Positions 13,986-25,576 are shown, counted from the stretch's first letter. The stretch is 64,000 nt of DNA from an uncultured Planctomycetaceae bacterium (GCA_963813715.1 CAWFAK010000018.1:35526-99525); one strand, 5' to 3'. The notes: generated by a model not told the origin, from the letters alone. Made by a program: numbers and translations.

Positions 13986-15401
13986 ATGTCTGTAATTGCT
14001 CCTGCCACCCCCCGGCCCTCCGCGCCGACCGCTCGGCTGTTGGTTTGCAGCGGCTCGCCGGCCCTCCTGACCGAAATGATCGCGAACGCCGACGACACGG
14101 CGTTCGAGCTCGACGTGGCCGCCGACCAGGCCACGGCACTCAAGCGGCTCGCCGAACGGCAGTTTGAAATCTGCCTCGTCGACGTAACGTGGGACGATGC
14201 GGCCGTGGCCGAGCTGTGTACGGGCATTCAAAATCGCAGCGGAGCAACGCAGGTCGTGCGTTTGTCGGCGACAGCCGAGGCGTCCGCCACCGCGGGCCCC
14301 TGGACGGTCGACGCGGTGCCGCTCGACACGCCGCCGGCCCTCTTCGGCAAATTGCTGTTAGCCGCGGCGCAAAAGGCCCGACTGCAGGCCGAGAACCGTT
14401 CGCTCAAGCGCCAACTGCAGTCACGGGTGCTCAACGAGATCGCCGGACAGTCCGAGACGACCGTGGCCCTGCGCGAGAGCGTCCGCTACGCAGCCGACGC
14501 GGACGGGCACGTGCTCATTCAGGGAGAAGCCGGCTCGGGAACGCAACAGGTGGCCCGGCTGGTGCACCTGGCCAGCCGCCGCGCCACGCGCCCCTTCATC
14601 GTGCTCGATTGTCGCGTCCACTCGGCCGAGAGTCTCGAGTGCGAACTCTTGGGCGAAGCGTCGGCCGACAACTTCGATCCGACCGAAGTCGGCGCTCCCG
14701 GCCGCCTGGCCACGTGCGCTGGCGGCAGTCTCTTGCTCAAGAACGTCGAGCTGCTGCCGGTCGCCATCCAGAAGAAGCTGGCCGGCATTCTGTCGCGGCA
14801 ATCGTACACCTGCCAGGCCACCGGCAAGCAACGACCCGTCGACGTGCGGGTCATGGCCGCCACGCACGCCGACCTGGCCGTCCTGGCGCAGGAAGGAAAA
14901 TTCTCGGCGACGCTCTATGAACTGCTTAGTGGCTGCACGTTGCACGTCTCCTCGCTGCGGGAGCGTTCGGCCGACATCGGGATTCTGGCCGAGAACATTC
15001 TCAATCACCTCGCCGTGGTCGAAGGCAAGCCGGTGAAGCGGCTGAGCGTGGAAGGGCTCAACGTGCTGCGGACGCACGATTGGCCGGGCAACCTCCGCGA
15101 GCTGGAAAACGTCATCGAGCGGGCTTGCTCGCTGCACGACGAAGGTCTGCTGACCGCCGAGATGCTGCAGCCCTGGATCGCGCGACCGGTCAGCGAGCAG
15201 GCGGAATCGTCGGCACTCTCACTGCGGGAGATGGAACGCAAGCTGATCGAAACGACCTTCGCCCGCTGCCAGGGGAACCGCGAACACACGGCCCGGCTGC
15301 TCAAGATCGGCATCCGAACACTTTCGGGAAAATTGCGGGAATACGGCTATCCGCCCCGCGGCGGCCCCGGCTCGAATCGCCGGCTCACGCGGGCCGCCTG
15401 A
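13986..15401 (+). CDS. NtrC-like regulator (REC-AAA+-Fis HTH) with degenerate ATPase motifs
   Basis: VLIQGEAGSG, DVRVMAATH, WPGNLRELENVIERA, C-terminal GNREHTARLLKIGIRTL. Confidence 0.9.
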   Translation: MSVIAPATPRPSAPTARLLVCSGSPALLTEMIANADDTAFELDVAADQATALKRLAERQFEICLVDVTWDDAAVAELCTGIQNRSGATQVVRLSATAEASATAGPWTVDAVPLDTPPALFGKLLLAAAQKARLQAENRSLKRQLQSRVLNEIAGQSETTVALRESVRYAADADGHVLIQGEAGSGTQQVARLVHLASRRATRPFIVLDCRVHSAESLECELLGEASADNFDPTEVGAPGRLATCAGGSLLLKNVELLPVAIQKKLAGILSRQSYTCQATGKQRPVDVRVMAATHADLAVLAQEGKFSATLYELLSGCTLHVSSLRERSADIGILAENILNHLAVVEGKPVKRLSVEGLNVLRTHDWPGNLRELENVIERACSLHDEGLLTAEMLQPWIARPVSEQAESSALSLREMERKLIETTFARCQGNREHTARLLKIGIRTLSGKLREYGYPPRGGPGSNRRLTRAA

Positions 15402-15507
15402 TCGGGCTGATTTTCGTTGGACTGCTTTTCAGAACATCGCCATGAAATCTTCGACCGCGAGAAATCGAGAGGGAGGGTCAGCCAGCGGGCATCACGAAGC
15501 GAGAAGA

Positions 15508-15913
15508 ATGTCTTCGATCGTTGACGGGACCACGATTCCGTTGTTGGAAAAAGTCGCCGCGTTCGGTGAGCGTCGCAGCACGGTGCTGGCGAGCAACGTC
15601 GCCAATATCGACACGCCCAACTATCACCGCCGCGACCTGCCCGTGCAGGAGTTTGAACGGTCGCTCCGCGAGGCCATTCAGGGCGGGGCGTCCCGCAACG
15701 ATCTCTCGACCGGCCCGGCCGGATTGCCGGCAGAGCTGATTCACGGACGCGAGATCGCATCGCCCAGCTTGACCTATCAGAGACAACAGCAACCGCAGCA
15801 TCGAGCACGAAATGATGGAGATGACCAAGAACCTGTCGATGCAGAGTTTCGCCGTCACCCTGCTGACCACGCAGATGGGCATGCTGCAAGCGGCCATCCG
15901 CGAACAGGCCTGA
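15508..15913 (+). CDS. flgB: Flagellar basal-body rod protein FlgB (frameshift near 15780)
   Basis: VLASNVANIDTPNY motif; upstream of flgC. Confidence 0.88.
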
Positions 15914-15936
15914 GACCTCTTTGAGGACCGTACGCG

Positions 15937-16347
15937 ATGTTCAATCCCATCGACGTCAACACGACCGCGCTGATCGCCGAGCGACAGCGGATGAACACCA
16001 TCGCCGACAACCTGGCCAACGTCAACACCACGCGCAACGCCGATGGCAAAAGCTCGCCGTTCCAGCGGCGGTTCGTCACCTTCGCGTCGAGCGAGATCGA
16101 AGGTGCACCCGCGGGAACGGCCGGCGTCACCTACCAGGTCAACGTCGACACCAGCACGCCACCCCGCCGCGTCTATCAGCCCGGCCATCCGGACGCGGAC
16201 AAGGAAGGCTACGTCTCCTATCCGAACATCGATTTCATGACCGAATTCGTCAACGCGATGGACGCCAGCCGGGCGTACCAGGCGAACCTCGTCGCGATTG
16301 ATATGGACAAGCAGATCGACAACCTCAGCCTGAAGATCTTGGCCTAG
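15937..16347 (+). CDS. flgC: Flagellar basal-body rod protein FlgC
   Basis: IADNLANVNTTR, YQPGHPDADKEGYVSYPN, ASRAYQANL. Confidence 0.96.
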   Translation: MFNPIDVNTTALIAERQRMNTIADNLANVNTTRNADGKSSPFQRRFVTFASSEIEGAPAGTAGVTYQVNVDTSTPPRRVYQPGHPDADKEGYVSYPNIDFMTEFVNAMDASRAYQANLVAIDMDKQIDNLSLKILA

Positions 16348-16376
16348 CAAAGACCTGAACCTGTGGGAGCGATGCG

Positions 16377-16688
16377 ATGACGGGACCGATCAGCGCCTTC
16401 ACTACGCCGGTAACGACCAATTCGCTGTTGGGGTCGCTCGCGGGAACTTCCGCAACGCCCAGCCAGAACCCCATGTTCTCCGACATGCTCTTGGAGCAGC
16501 TCGGTCAGGTCAACGCCCTCGATCAATCGGCCCACGCGGCCGTGGAAAAGAGCCTCTCGGGCGGCGACATCACGCAGGTCGAAGTCTTCACTGAAATGAA
16601 AAAAGCCGACCTGGCCCTGCGGATGATGATCCAGATGCACAACAAGATCTTCGACGCGTACAGCGAAATCAAACAGATGCAAATGTAA
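16377..16688 (+). CDS. fliE: Flagellar hook-basal body protein FliE
   Basis: KADLALRMMIQMHNKIFDAYSEIKQMQM C-terminal motif. Confidence 0.93.
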   Translation: MTGPISAFTTPVTTNSLLGSLAGTSATPSQNPMFSDMLLEQLGQVNALDQSAHAAVEKSLSGGDITQVEVFTEMKKADLALRMMIQMHNKIFDAYSEIKQMQM

Positions 16689-16694
16689 GGATGA

Positions 16695-16792
16695 GTCCAA
16701 GGTCCAAAGTCCAAGGTCCAAGGTCAGAATTCAAAAAAGCGCCCGTGGCCTGCCTGTCTACGACTTTGGACCTTGGACCTTGGGCTTTGGAC
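16695..16792. repeat. Inverted pair of heptamer tandem arrays (GTCCAAG)n / (CTTGGAC)n
   Basis: gtccaaggtccaaagtccaaggtccaaggtc at 16695-16725 and gactttggaccttggaccttgggctttggac at 16762-16792; related array near 33460-33491. Confidence 0.8.
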
Positions 16793-16823
16793 AAGAACTT
16801 AACTCCCCGATCTGAGACCCGAG

Positions 16824-18480
16824 ATGCGTCGGACGCTTGAACAATTTCTGGCCGTGTTCAATTCGCTGGCCCCCAGCCAGCGGATCACGTTTGCCGTCAT
16901 TGCCGTGTTGATTCCCGCGGGCTTCCTGTTCTTCGCCTGGAACGGGAACTCGTCGACGATGGTGCCGCTGTCGTACGGAAAAGTCTTTTCCAACGACGAG
17001 CTGCGGAATGCCGAGCAGGCGCTCAAGGAAGCGGGATTCTCGAAGTTTCATAGCGAAGGGCGGCAGATCCTGGCGCCCGCCAGCGAGGTCGAAAAATACA
17101 ACGCGACCCTGTTGCAATCAGGCAGCCTGCCGACGCACTGGGCCGAAGAACTCGAGAAGAAGCTCGAGAGCACGAACCCGTTCATGTCTTCGGCCGAAAG
17201 CATGAAGCAAACGCGCGAAGCCCTCCTGACCAAGCACCTGGTGCAGATGATCCTGGGCAGCCCGGACTTCGAAGACGCCGACGTGCTGTGGTCGCCGGCC
17301 AGTAGCGGCAAGTCGCGGTTCTCCCGCGATGCCCGCATGAAGGCGACCGTCGTGGTCAAGCCGCGGGCCGGTCACGACCTGACGACGCGTCAAATCCAAG
17401 CCCTTCGCGACGCGGTCACCTTCGCCATTCCCGATCTCAAGTCGACCGACGTCACCGTCTACGACCAGCGCGAAAGGCGAGGCGTACACGCCCGAATCGG
17501 AGAACGATCCGCTCAACGGCAAGCAGTTCGCGCTCTTGCGGGAAGCGTCGCAGCTCTACGAATCGAAGATCAAGAACGCCCTCACGCACATCTCGCCCGA
17601 GATCGTCGTGACGGTGAACGTCGAGCTCGACCCGATTCAAGAGTCGACGACGCAGACCGTCAAATACGACCTGAAGCGAAGCATCGAGCAGCAGACCAGC
17701 GAGCAAAAACGCACCGAAAGCTTTCGCCAACAGCCCATGCAGGCCGAGCCCGGCCTTCGCTCGAACCAGCCGCGCTCGCTCGCGAACGCCCCCTCCAACG
17801 CGACGAACCGCCAGGTGACCGAAGAGAACAACTCGATGACGCGCAGTCCCGGCGGTGAGGCGACGTACATCAAGAGCCTGGCCGCCATGCCCAAGGTGGT
17901 CACCGTCTCCGTGCTGATTCCCGAAGACTATTACGCCAAGGCGCTCGACGCTCAGAAGAACGCACCCGGCCAGAAATCGGGCGCGAAGACAATCGAGAAG
18001 GTCAAGGAGGAGACCGAGCAGGCGGTGAAGAACATTGTCGCGGGCGCAATCCCCAATCCCGATCCGAAGTCGATCACGGTCAGCTCGTTCGTGCCGGTGC
18101 ACGACGCGCCGCCCACGATCACGCCGTCGTCGCTCAACACGGTGACGTCACTGGTAAGCCAGTGGGGCGGGGCGGTCGCTCTCGGCCTCTTTGCGGTGTG
18201 GGCGCTGTGGATGCTGCGATCGACGACGGCTTCGCGGGCCGCCACGTTCGATCCGCCGACAGAAGCCTCGATCAACGTTCCCGCTCCGTCCAGCTCCGGC
18301 ACCGGCGCCGCCGCGACGCTCGGACAACCGGCGGCCGCCAAGAAAGAAAAAGAGCCGGTCGTCATCGAGGAGGAGCCGATGCCGACGCTCAACGACCGCG
18401 ACCTCGTCCAGACCATGGTCCGCGACAATCCGGAGATGGCCGTCGCCATCATCGGTAAATGGCTGCAAGGGGCTCGCTAA
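16824..18480 (+). CDS. fliF: Flagellar M-ring protein FliF (frameshift near 17475)
   Basis: Two TM segments, KATVVVK, LKSTDVTVYD, C-terminal VRDNPEMAVAIIGKWL; position between fliE and fliG. Confidence 0.88.
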
Positions 18481-19472
18481 TGGACGCCGTACGCAAGGCC
18501 GCCATTTTATTGCTCAGCCTGGAGAAGCCGATCGCGGCCGAGGTTCTCAGCCAGCTCCCCAAGGGCATGGTTGAGTCGGTCATGCTCGAGATCGCCAAGA
18601 TCGACGACATCACCAAGGACCAGGTCGAGTCGGTGCTCCGCGAATTCCGCGGGCTGGTGCGGGAACGTGTGCCGATCGAGCAGGGCGGCATCGAGTTCGC
18701 CAACGACCTCTTGAAGCAGTCCCTCGGCACCGAGGGGGCCGGCGAAATCCTGGAAAACGTCCGCAACTCGATGAACTCGGTCCCGTTCGGCTTTTTGCAC
18801 AAGACGGGCGCCGAGAACATTCTCACCTTCATCGTCGAAGAGCATCCGCAGACGATCGCCCTCATCATGTCTCACCTGCCGACCAACATCGCGGCCGAAG
18901 TGCTGTCGGGGCTGCCGTCGAACAAGCAGATCGAAGTCATCCGCCGCGTCGCCAACATGGAGCAGACCAACCCCGAAGTCGTCAAGGACGTCGAGGCCAG
19001 CCTCGAGCGGCGGATGAAGTCGATGTTCAACCAGCAGCTCGAAAAAGCGGGCGGCGTGCGGCTGGTCGCGCAGATCTTGAACGTCACCGACCGCATGACC
19101 AACAAGGGCGTGCTGGAGAACCTCGAACAGGAAGACGCCGACCTGGTGGGCGAGATCAAGCGGCTGATGTTCGTGTTCGACGACCTGCTCAAGCTCGACG
19201 ACAAGGCCATCCAGTCCGTGCTCAAGGAAGTCGACAACAACCAGTGGGCCATCGCCCTCAAGGGCGCTTCCGACGAGCTCAAGCAAAAAATCCTGGGCAA
19301 CCTGTCCGAGCGGGCGGCCGAGCTGCTCAAGGAAGAAATGCAATACGCCGGCCCGCAACGCGTCAGCGACGTCGAGGCGATGCAGGCGCAGATCGTCGAA
19401 GTCGTCCGCCGCCTCGAAGATTCGGGCCAGATCACGGTGGCCAGCGGCGAGCAGGAAGAGTTCATCGCCTGA
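18480..19472 (+). CDS. fliG: Flagellar motor switch protein FliG
   Basis: KAAILLLSL, EHPQTIALIMSHL, MFVFDDL, ALKGAS. Confidence 0.97.
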   Translation: MDAVRKAAILLLSLEKPIAAEVLSQLPKGMVESVMLEIAKIDDITKDQVESVLREFRGLVRERVPIEQGGIEFANDLLKQSLGTEGAGEILENVRNSMNSVPFGFLHKTGAENILTFIVEEHPQTIALIMSHLPTNIAAEVLSGLPSNKQIEVIRRVANMEQTNPEVVKDVEASLERRMKSMFNQQLEKAGGVRLVAQILNVTDRMTNKGVLENLEQEDADLVGEIKRLMFVFDDLLKLDDKAIQSVLKEVDNNQWAIALKGASDELKQKILGNLSERAAELLKEEMQYAGPQRVSDVEAMQAQIVEVVRRLEDSGQITVASGEQEEFIA

Positions 19473-19559
19473 CGAAACGTGTCTGCCGCAGAGAACAGCA
19501 CGACGTAGAACAAGCACGGGTAAGACCAGAGCACCCCTCCGATTCAGACCGAAACTGCA

Positions 19560-20281
19560 ATGCCGACCGACACCGCTTCCCAAACTCGATTGCTCAAGGC
19601 CAACGACGTCCGCGGCCTGGGCTCGAAAGTCGTCTTCAATTTCGACGACTTGCGGCAGCGCGGCGACGACTACGTTGAGTCGATCAAAAAGCAGGTCGAG
19701 CAGATGTTGACGAGCGCCAGGCGGAAGTTGTGACACTCCGCCAGGCCGCGCACGACGTCGGGCTGCAAGAGGGCCGCGCGGAAGGGCTGAAGCAGGCCAA
19801 CACGGCGATCGAGCAGCGGGCCCGCGAAATCGCGGAAAAGACCGCCGCCGACGCCCTCGCTACCGCGCTGCCGGCGCTCAATTCCGTGGCCGAATCGCTG
19901 GCGCTGGAGCGGGACCGCTGGATCGGCGACTGGGAAACGATGGGCGTCCAACTGGCCGCCGCCATTGCCTCGCGGCTGGTGGTTCACGAACTGCGACTCA
20001 ACCCGAACGGGGCGCGGGAGATGATCCGCGAAGCGCTCCAGATGGCGGTCGGCGCTCCGCGCGTTCGCGTCCGCCTCCACGGCGACGACGCGGCCCTTCT
20101 GGGACCGCAAGCCCGCGACGTCGTCCGCGCCTTTGCCGCCTGCGGCGAAGCCGAGATCGTCCCCGACAACTCGCTCACCCGCGGCGGCTGCCTGATCGAA
20201 ACACAACACGGCCAGATCGACGCTCGCATCGAAACCGTCCTCGACCGCATCGTCGCCCAACTGGTGGAAAACCAAGACTAA
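19560..20281 (+). CDS. fliH: Flagellar assembly protein FliH (frameshift near 19710)
   Basis: GLQEGRAEG repeats, VRVRLHGDD, LTRGGCLIETQHGQIDARIE. Confidence 0.88.
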
Positions 20282-20360
20282 GAGCCGCGCCACGAAGTCA
20301 GCGGTGCCTTTATTTTTTCCTAGTCCAAGACGACCCCAAGCCACACACCAGGACCCGCTC

Positions 20361-21797
20361 ATGCTCTCGGTCGTCGACCAGGTCAAACATCTGCTGCCGT
20401 TCGGACTGTCCGGCACGATCACGCGGATCGTCGGCCTGACGGTCTCGGTCGCCGGCTTTCCCGCGCCGCTCGGCGCGGTGTGCCGGATTCTTCGCGAGCA
20501 GGGCCAACCGATCGACGCCTCGGTCGTGGGCTTTCAGGGCGACGAAACGTTGCTCTTGGCCTACGGTGATCTCGAGGGTGTCCGGCGCGGCAACCGCGTG
20601 TTGCTGCGGCAATCGGTTCCGGGCGCCCGCGTGGGCGAACGCCTGCTCGGCCGTGTGCTCGATGGTCGCGGCCGATTTCTCGATCGACTGCCGCCCGCCG
20701 CTCGCCCGCATCGCATCCCCCTGTTCGGCACTCTGACGCCACCGCTCGACCGCCCGCGGATCGACGCGCCGTTGGCGACCGGCATCCGCGTGATCGATTC
20801 GCTGCTCACGTGCGGCAAGGGGCAGCGCCTGGGAATCTTCTCGGGCAGCGGAGTTGGCAAAAGCACGCTGCTTGGGCAAATGGCAAAGACCAGCTCTGCC
20901 GACGTCAACGTCATCGTCCTGGTCGGCGAGCGAGGCCGCGAAGTCCGCGAATTCCTGGAACGCGACTTGGGCTCGGAAGGGCTCCGCCGCTCGGTCGTCG
21001 TGGTTGCCACCAGCGACGAACCGGCCCTGATCCGCCTCAAAGCGGCTTTCCTAGGCACCGCAATCGCCGAATATTTCCGCGACACCCACCGCGACGTGCT
21101 CTTGATGATGGACAGCGTGACCCGCGTCGCCCTCGCCCAACGAGAGATCGGCCTTGCCAGCGGCGAGCCCCCCGCCACCCGCGGCTATCCACCCAGCGTC
21201 TTCGCTCTCTTGCCGAAATTGCTCGAACGCAGCGGACGAACCGTAAGTGGAAGCATTACCGGTTTTTACAGCGTCTTGGTTGAAGCCGACGACACCAACG
21301 AGCCGATCTCAGATACGGTGCGCGGCACGTTGGACGGCCACATCATGCTCTCTCGCAAGCTCGCGCATCAGGCCCATTGGCCGGCCATTGATCCGCTGGC
21401 CAGCATCAGCCGATCGATGAACGACATCGTCAGCCGCGAACATCGGGCCGCCGCCGACAGCATCAAACAACTCCTAGCCGCCTATCAGCAATCCGAAGAT
21501 TTGATCACCATCGGAGCCTATCAGATGGGGTCGAACCAACTGGTCGACCAGGCGATCAAGCTGCGTGATCCGATCGACGCGTTCTTGCGACAGACGTCGA
21601 CCGATCGCGTCACGCTGGACGTCGCCGTCAATGAGCTGATGAAGCTGGCGCGGCTCCGCGCGGGATTGGTGCACGAGGCCGCCTCGGTGCAGAGCGCTCC
21701 GAAAACTCCGCAGCGCCGCGTTATCGGCCGACCGGCCGCTCCCGGGGCGGCAGCCCCCAACGCTCAGCCCGCCGCCGTGGCCGGAGGTAAATCGTGA
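20361..21797 (+). CDS. fliI: Flagellar export ATPase FliI
   Basis: GQRLGIFSGSGVGKSTLL, GERGREVREF, RGYPPSVF, LDGHIMLSR. Confidence 0.96.
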   Translation: MLSVVDQVKHLLPFGLSGTITRIVGLTVSVAGFPAPLGAVCRILREQGQPIDASVVGFQGDETLLLAYGDLEGVRRGNRVLLRQSVPGARVGERLLGRVLDGRGRFLDRLPPAARPHRIPLFGTLTPPLDRPRIDAPLATGIRVIDSLLTCGKGQRLGIFSGSGVGKSTLLGQMAKTSSADVNVIVLVGERGREVREFLERDLGSEGLRRSVVVVATSDEPALIRLKAAFLGTAIAEYFRDTHRDVLLMMDSVTRVALAQREIGLASGEPPATRGYPPSVFALLPKLLERSGRTVSGSITGFYSVLVEADDTNEPISDTVRGTLDGHIMLSRKLAHQAHWPAIDPLASISRSMNDIVSREHRAAADSIKQLLAAYQQSEDLITIGAYQMGSNQLVDQAIKLRDPIDAFLRQTSTDRVTLDVAVNELMKLARLRAGLVHEAASVQSAPKTPQRRVIGRPAAPGAAAPNAQPAAVAGGKS

Positions 21798-22246
21798 GCG
21801 GTTTCGTCTTCACGCTGCGGCCGCTGCTCGAGTTTCGGCGACATCGCCGGGACGCGTGCCGGCAGCTCTTGGCGCAGGTGCTCGCCGACGAAGCCGCGCT
21901 GCTCGCCGAAAAGCAGACCGTGCTGGCGTCGCGTCAGCGGCAGTTCGACGAAATTCGCGATCTGAGCCGCAGCGGCCCGGTCGCCGTCGAGCGAGCGGTT
22001 GCTCGGCGTTATCACAGCGGACAATTGCTGGGTTTGGTCCGGGCCCTCGACGAACGACGCCGGATCGTCGGTCAGCAGCTGCAGCTGTGTCGAGACGCGC
22101 TGGTGAAGGCCGATCAGGAAGTCAAAGTGCTCGAACGCGTGCAAGAGCGACAGCGGATCGAATACGACTATCGGGCCGAACGCGTGAGCCAGTTCGAGCG
22201 GGAAGACGCCTGGATGACTCGTAAGCTCGTGGAGGCGGCCCGATGA
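21794..22246 (+). CDS. fliJ: Flagellar export protein FliJ
   Basis: FVFTLRPLLEFR start, coiled coil, follows fliI. Confidence 0.8.
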   Translation: MSGFVFTLRPLLEFRRHRRDACRQLLAQVLADEAALLAEKQTVLASRQRQFDEIRDLSRSGPVAVERAVARRYHSGQLLGLVRALDERRRIVGQQLQLCRDALVKADQEVKVLERVQERQRIEYDYRAERVSQFEREDAWMTRKLVEAAR

Positions 22247-22998
22247 TGCGCACGCTCTGGATCGTGCTCAGCGTCTGCTGCGTCGCGGTCATCGTCTCCG
22301 AGATGTCCGGCGCCGCCATCCTTTGGTCGCGCGGCTTCCTCACCGCGCGGCACCTGCGGGAAGTCCGCGAAGTCTTCGAGCCGCAGGAAAAAGAAGCCGT
22401 CGCGCTCGACGCCGAGTCGCAGCCGGTCATGCCCTCGTCGCAGGACGTGCTCCGCGAACGCAGCATGCGGGTGCTGTCGCTGACGTCGCTCGAGTCGGAC
22501 GTCGGCTTGCTCAAAGCGATGCTCGACACCGAACGGACCAGCCTGAGCGCTCAGAGCGCGGCCTTTCAGCAAGAGCGGGCCGCCTTCAAGGCCCAACTGC
22601 AGCAGCTCTCTGACGAGACGGCCGTCGCGGCCCGCGACCAGGCCCGCGGCGTGCTCCTGGCGCTGCCACCCAACGAGGCGGTCGAGCGGCTGATGCAACT
22701 CACGGTGAACGACGACGTCCTGCTGCTGCGGGAAATGCCCGAAAACAAGATCGCCCTCCTGCTCAAGGAATTTGTCTCGACGCCGGAAGGCGAGACCGTC
22801 AGCGCCAACACCCGCGGTGTATCCGAGCGACGTCAGCGCGCCCAGGAGATTTTCAAGAGCATCAACAACGGCGAGCCGCGCAACTCGATCATTCGTTCGG
22901 CCCTCTCGAACCTGCAACAAGCCGAAGGCGAACGACCAGCGTCGCCGGCCAACGGAGCTACGGCGTCCAGCAACGCACCGGCCACGACCACGCGATAA
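22243..22998 (+). CDS. MotE/YlxF-like flagellar protein
   Basis: N-terminal TM, coiled coil, MgtE-N-like C-terminus; between fliJ and fliK. Confidence 0.6.
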   Translation: MMRTLWIVLSVCCVAVIVSEMSGAAILWSRGFLTARHLREVREVFEPQEKEAVALDAESQPVMPSSQDVLRERSMRVLSLTSLESDVGLLKAMLDTERTSLSAQSAAFQQERAAFKAQLQQLSDETAVAARDQARGVLLALPPNEAVERLMQLTVNDDVLLLREMPENKIALLLKEFVSTPEGETVSANTRGVSERRQRAQEIFKSINNGEPRNSIIRSALSNLQQAEGERPASPANGATASSNAPATTTR

Positions 22999-23059
22999 GA
23001 ACCAGGCGAAGAGCCAAACGACGAAATGACGCAGTTCGATCAATGACACACTTCTATAA

Positions 23060-24959
23060 ATGACACAGATCAATACCACGATCGCACCCTTCTTGCCGCC
23101 GAGCTCGGCCAGCTCGGACGCGAGTTCCACTGCGCCCGAATGGGCCACTTCGCAGGTCGACTCCAGCTCGTTCCTCCAATCGCTCACCGCCAACGGGAAC
23201 TCGAACGCGTTCGCACCGCCGGCCTCCGGCACGAACGTGACGGGACAGCCGGCCACGTCGCCGGGCTTCGCGCCCGTCAACGGTGCGCCGCCGGGATTCG
23301 GGAATTCGAGCACGGGGAACTTGACCGCTGGGAACTCGACCGCCGGGAACCCCGCCGCCGCCAACTCGAACGGCGCCACCTCGAATGCCGGGGGCTCCAG
23401 CGGTCCGTCGAATCCCTTTGCCGCTAATTCGAGCGACAATTCGTCGACGGCGGCGGCGGCGGCGAATTCTGCGAATCAGAACGGCGCAGGCGCCGGCAAG
23501 AAGACACAGTCGAGCCAGAACAGTTCCTCGTCCGCGAGCCAGTCGGCCCAAAGCCAGTCAACCCAGAATCAATCGACGAATTCCTCGTCGACCTCCGCGA
23601 CGAACTCGTCATCGTCGGCCGATGGAACGTCCGGTCAGACGAATTCACCAAGCCAGGCCACGAACCAGGCGAACGCCTCGGGACAATCGACCGACGGCAC
23701 AGCAGCGCCGAGCACAGCGGCGAACGCCAGTCAAAGCGCTACCGCGAGCCCGACCACCCCGTCCGGCTTGGCCCAATTGCTGCAGTCCACCTCGGACGCG
23801 GGCAATTCAACAACGAATCTCAAGGCAAGCGGCTCGTCGTCGGGCGCCGACCCGAGTCAACCGCTCGTGGCTCCCCCCGCACTCGCGCAAGTTTTGACAC
23901 GCACGCCGCGTCAGATCGGAGACGCGGGCGGGAACAAATCCGCTGCGAAGTCGGCGAGTGCGACCACGGCTCCGAGTTCTTCGTCGACTCAAACGGCCAA
24001 CGCCTCGAACTCTCACGGCGACACTCGACGCATCGAGCGCGCTGGCCGGGGCGGCGACCGCGACAACGCTGACAACCGAACCCGCGACCGTCACGCCTTC
24101 GGCGGCTCCGCAAGCTTCCACTGCCAATTCCGTCGGACCGCTGGGCGTCGATATCACGGGCGTTGGCCTGACGGGTGCCAGCGCGGCTGCCGCCAGCGAT
24201 TTGGACGCATTAAGCGAGGCGGCCGACCAGTTGGCGACCGGGACGGCGGCCGATCTCGACGGCGAGATTGCCGCCAACAGCACTGCCGCGACGCCGACCA
24301 CGTCTCCGACAACTTCGAGCGCGTCGCAACCGGACGCCGATTCGTCCGCCGCGAAATTATTAACCGACAAAAACACTGCGAGCGCAACCGTGGCGCCGAC
24401 GGCGAACGACGCCCCAGCCGCGACGGCGGTCGCAACCGTCACGACCTCCGCGAGTGTGACGGGCACATCGACGAGCGCCGCGCATGGGGCCGGCGCGACG
24501 AATGCGCCGACCGCGCAATCGGCGCAAGAAATGGCCGATCGCGTGGCGAGTGCGCTCAATAACGGCTTCTCCAGTGGCGGCGAGCTGCGGGTACGGGTCG
24601 AACCGCCGGCGCTCGGCAAAGTGCAAATCCAAGTGCAGGCGGACGCCGGCTCGATCTCGGCCCGAATCGAAGTGCAGACTCCGGCCGCGCAAAAAACGCT
24701 GCTGGACAACATCTCGATGTTGCACGACGCGATCGGCCAGACGGGAGCGACCGTCGGGCGTATCGAGATTGAGGTTGCGCCGCAGCAGCAAAACGCCAAC
24801 GACGCCAACCAGCGCGACGGCGGCTCGGGACGGGAGCAACAAGACTCGGGCAACGCGAATTCGCAGAATCAGTCGAATCAGAGCGGGGGCGGGAACCAGC
24901 AGCAAAATTCCGGTGGGCGCACAAACGCCACCATCGATGAGATCGATATCGATATCTAA
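23060..24959 (+). CDS. fliK: Flagellar hook-length control protein FliK (frameshift near 24010)
   Basis: Long S/T/A/N-rich region plus C-terminal LRVRVEPPALGKVQIQV domain. Confidence 0.85.
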
Positions 24960-24989
24960 TTCCCCCGTCGTCGGGGCAAGGAGGCCAAG

Positions 24990-25427
24990 ATGAGTGCCAT
25001 AACCAATCCGACCGCCGCCGCTCAAACGCAGACCTCGCAGGCGGCCGCCAACTCCAACACGAACGCGGGCGGGTTCAACAACCTGACCACGGCGGACTTC
25101 ATGCAGATGTTGATTGCCGAGCTGGAGAACCAGGATCCGACGAACCCGATGAGCAACGAGGACCTGATGACACAGCTCGCGACGATGAGCCAGCTGCAGT
25201 CGACGCAGGACCTGGACTCCGCGCTAACGGCCAACACCAACAACCAGCAGTTGTCGATTGCCTCGTCCTTCATCGGCGCCAACGTGACCGGGACCGACAG
25301 CAACAACAAAGCGGTCAACGGCGTCGCCACGCAGGCCCTCTTGCAAAACGGCACCGCCTACGTCGCCGTTGGCAGCTCGCTGGTGCCGCTGGCCAACATC
25401 ACGGGAGTCGCCCCGGTATCGGCCTAA
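24990..25427 (+). CDS. flgD: Flagellar hook capping protein FlgD
   Basis: DFMQMLIAELENQDPTNPM...QLATMSQL. Confidence 0.95.
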   Translation: MSAITNPTAAAQTQTSQAAANSNTNAGGFNNLTTADFMQMLIAELENQDPTNPMSNEDLMTQLATMSQLQSTQDLDSALTANTNNQQLSIASSFIGANVTGTDSNNKAVNGVATQALLQNGTAYVAVGSSLVPLANITGVAPVSA

Positions 25428-25576
25428 GTGGCGGCCTAATCCACACAACGTAAGCGCTCCACGAACCGCATGTGGTTGGGACGCTGCGCGCCTGCGAAGG
25501 TGTGACGAATCCGTTCTGGCGGAAATCAAGACGAAGGTCGCCCGCAGCGGAATGAACCAGAACGGGCTGGTGTTCT

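Noticed and set aside
23060..24500. Low-complexity S/T/A/N tract as a separate adhesin gene
   Set aside because: Joins the FliK C-terminal domain via one frameshift; such tracts are normal for FliK
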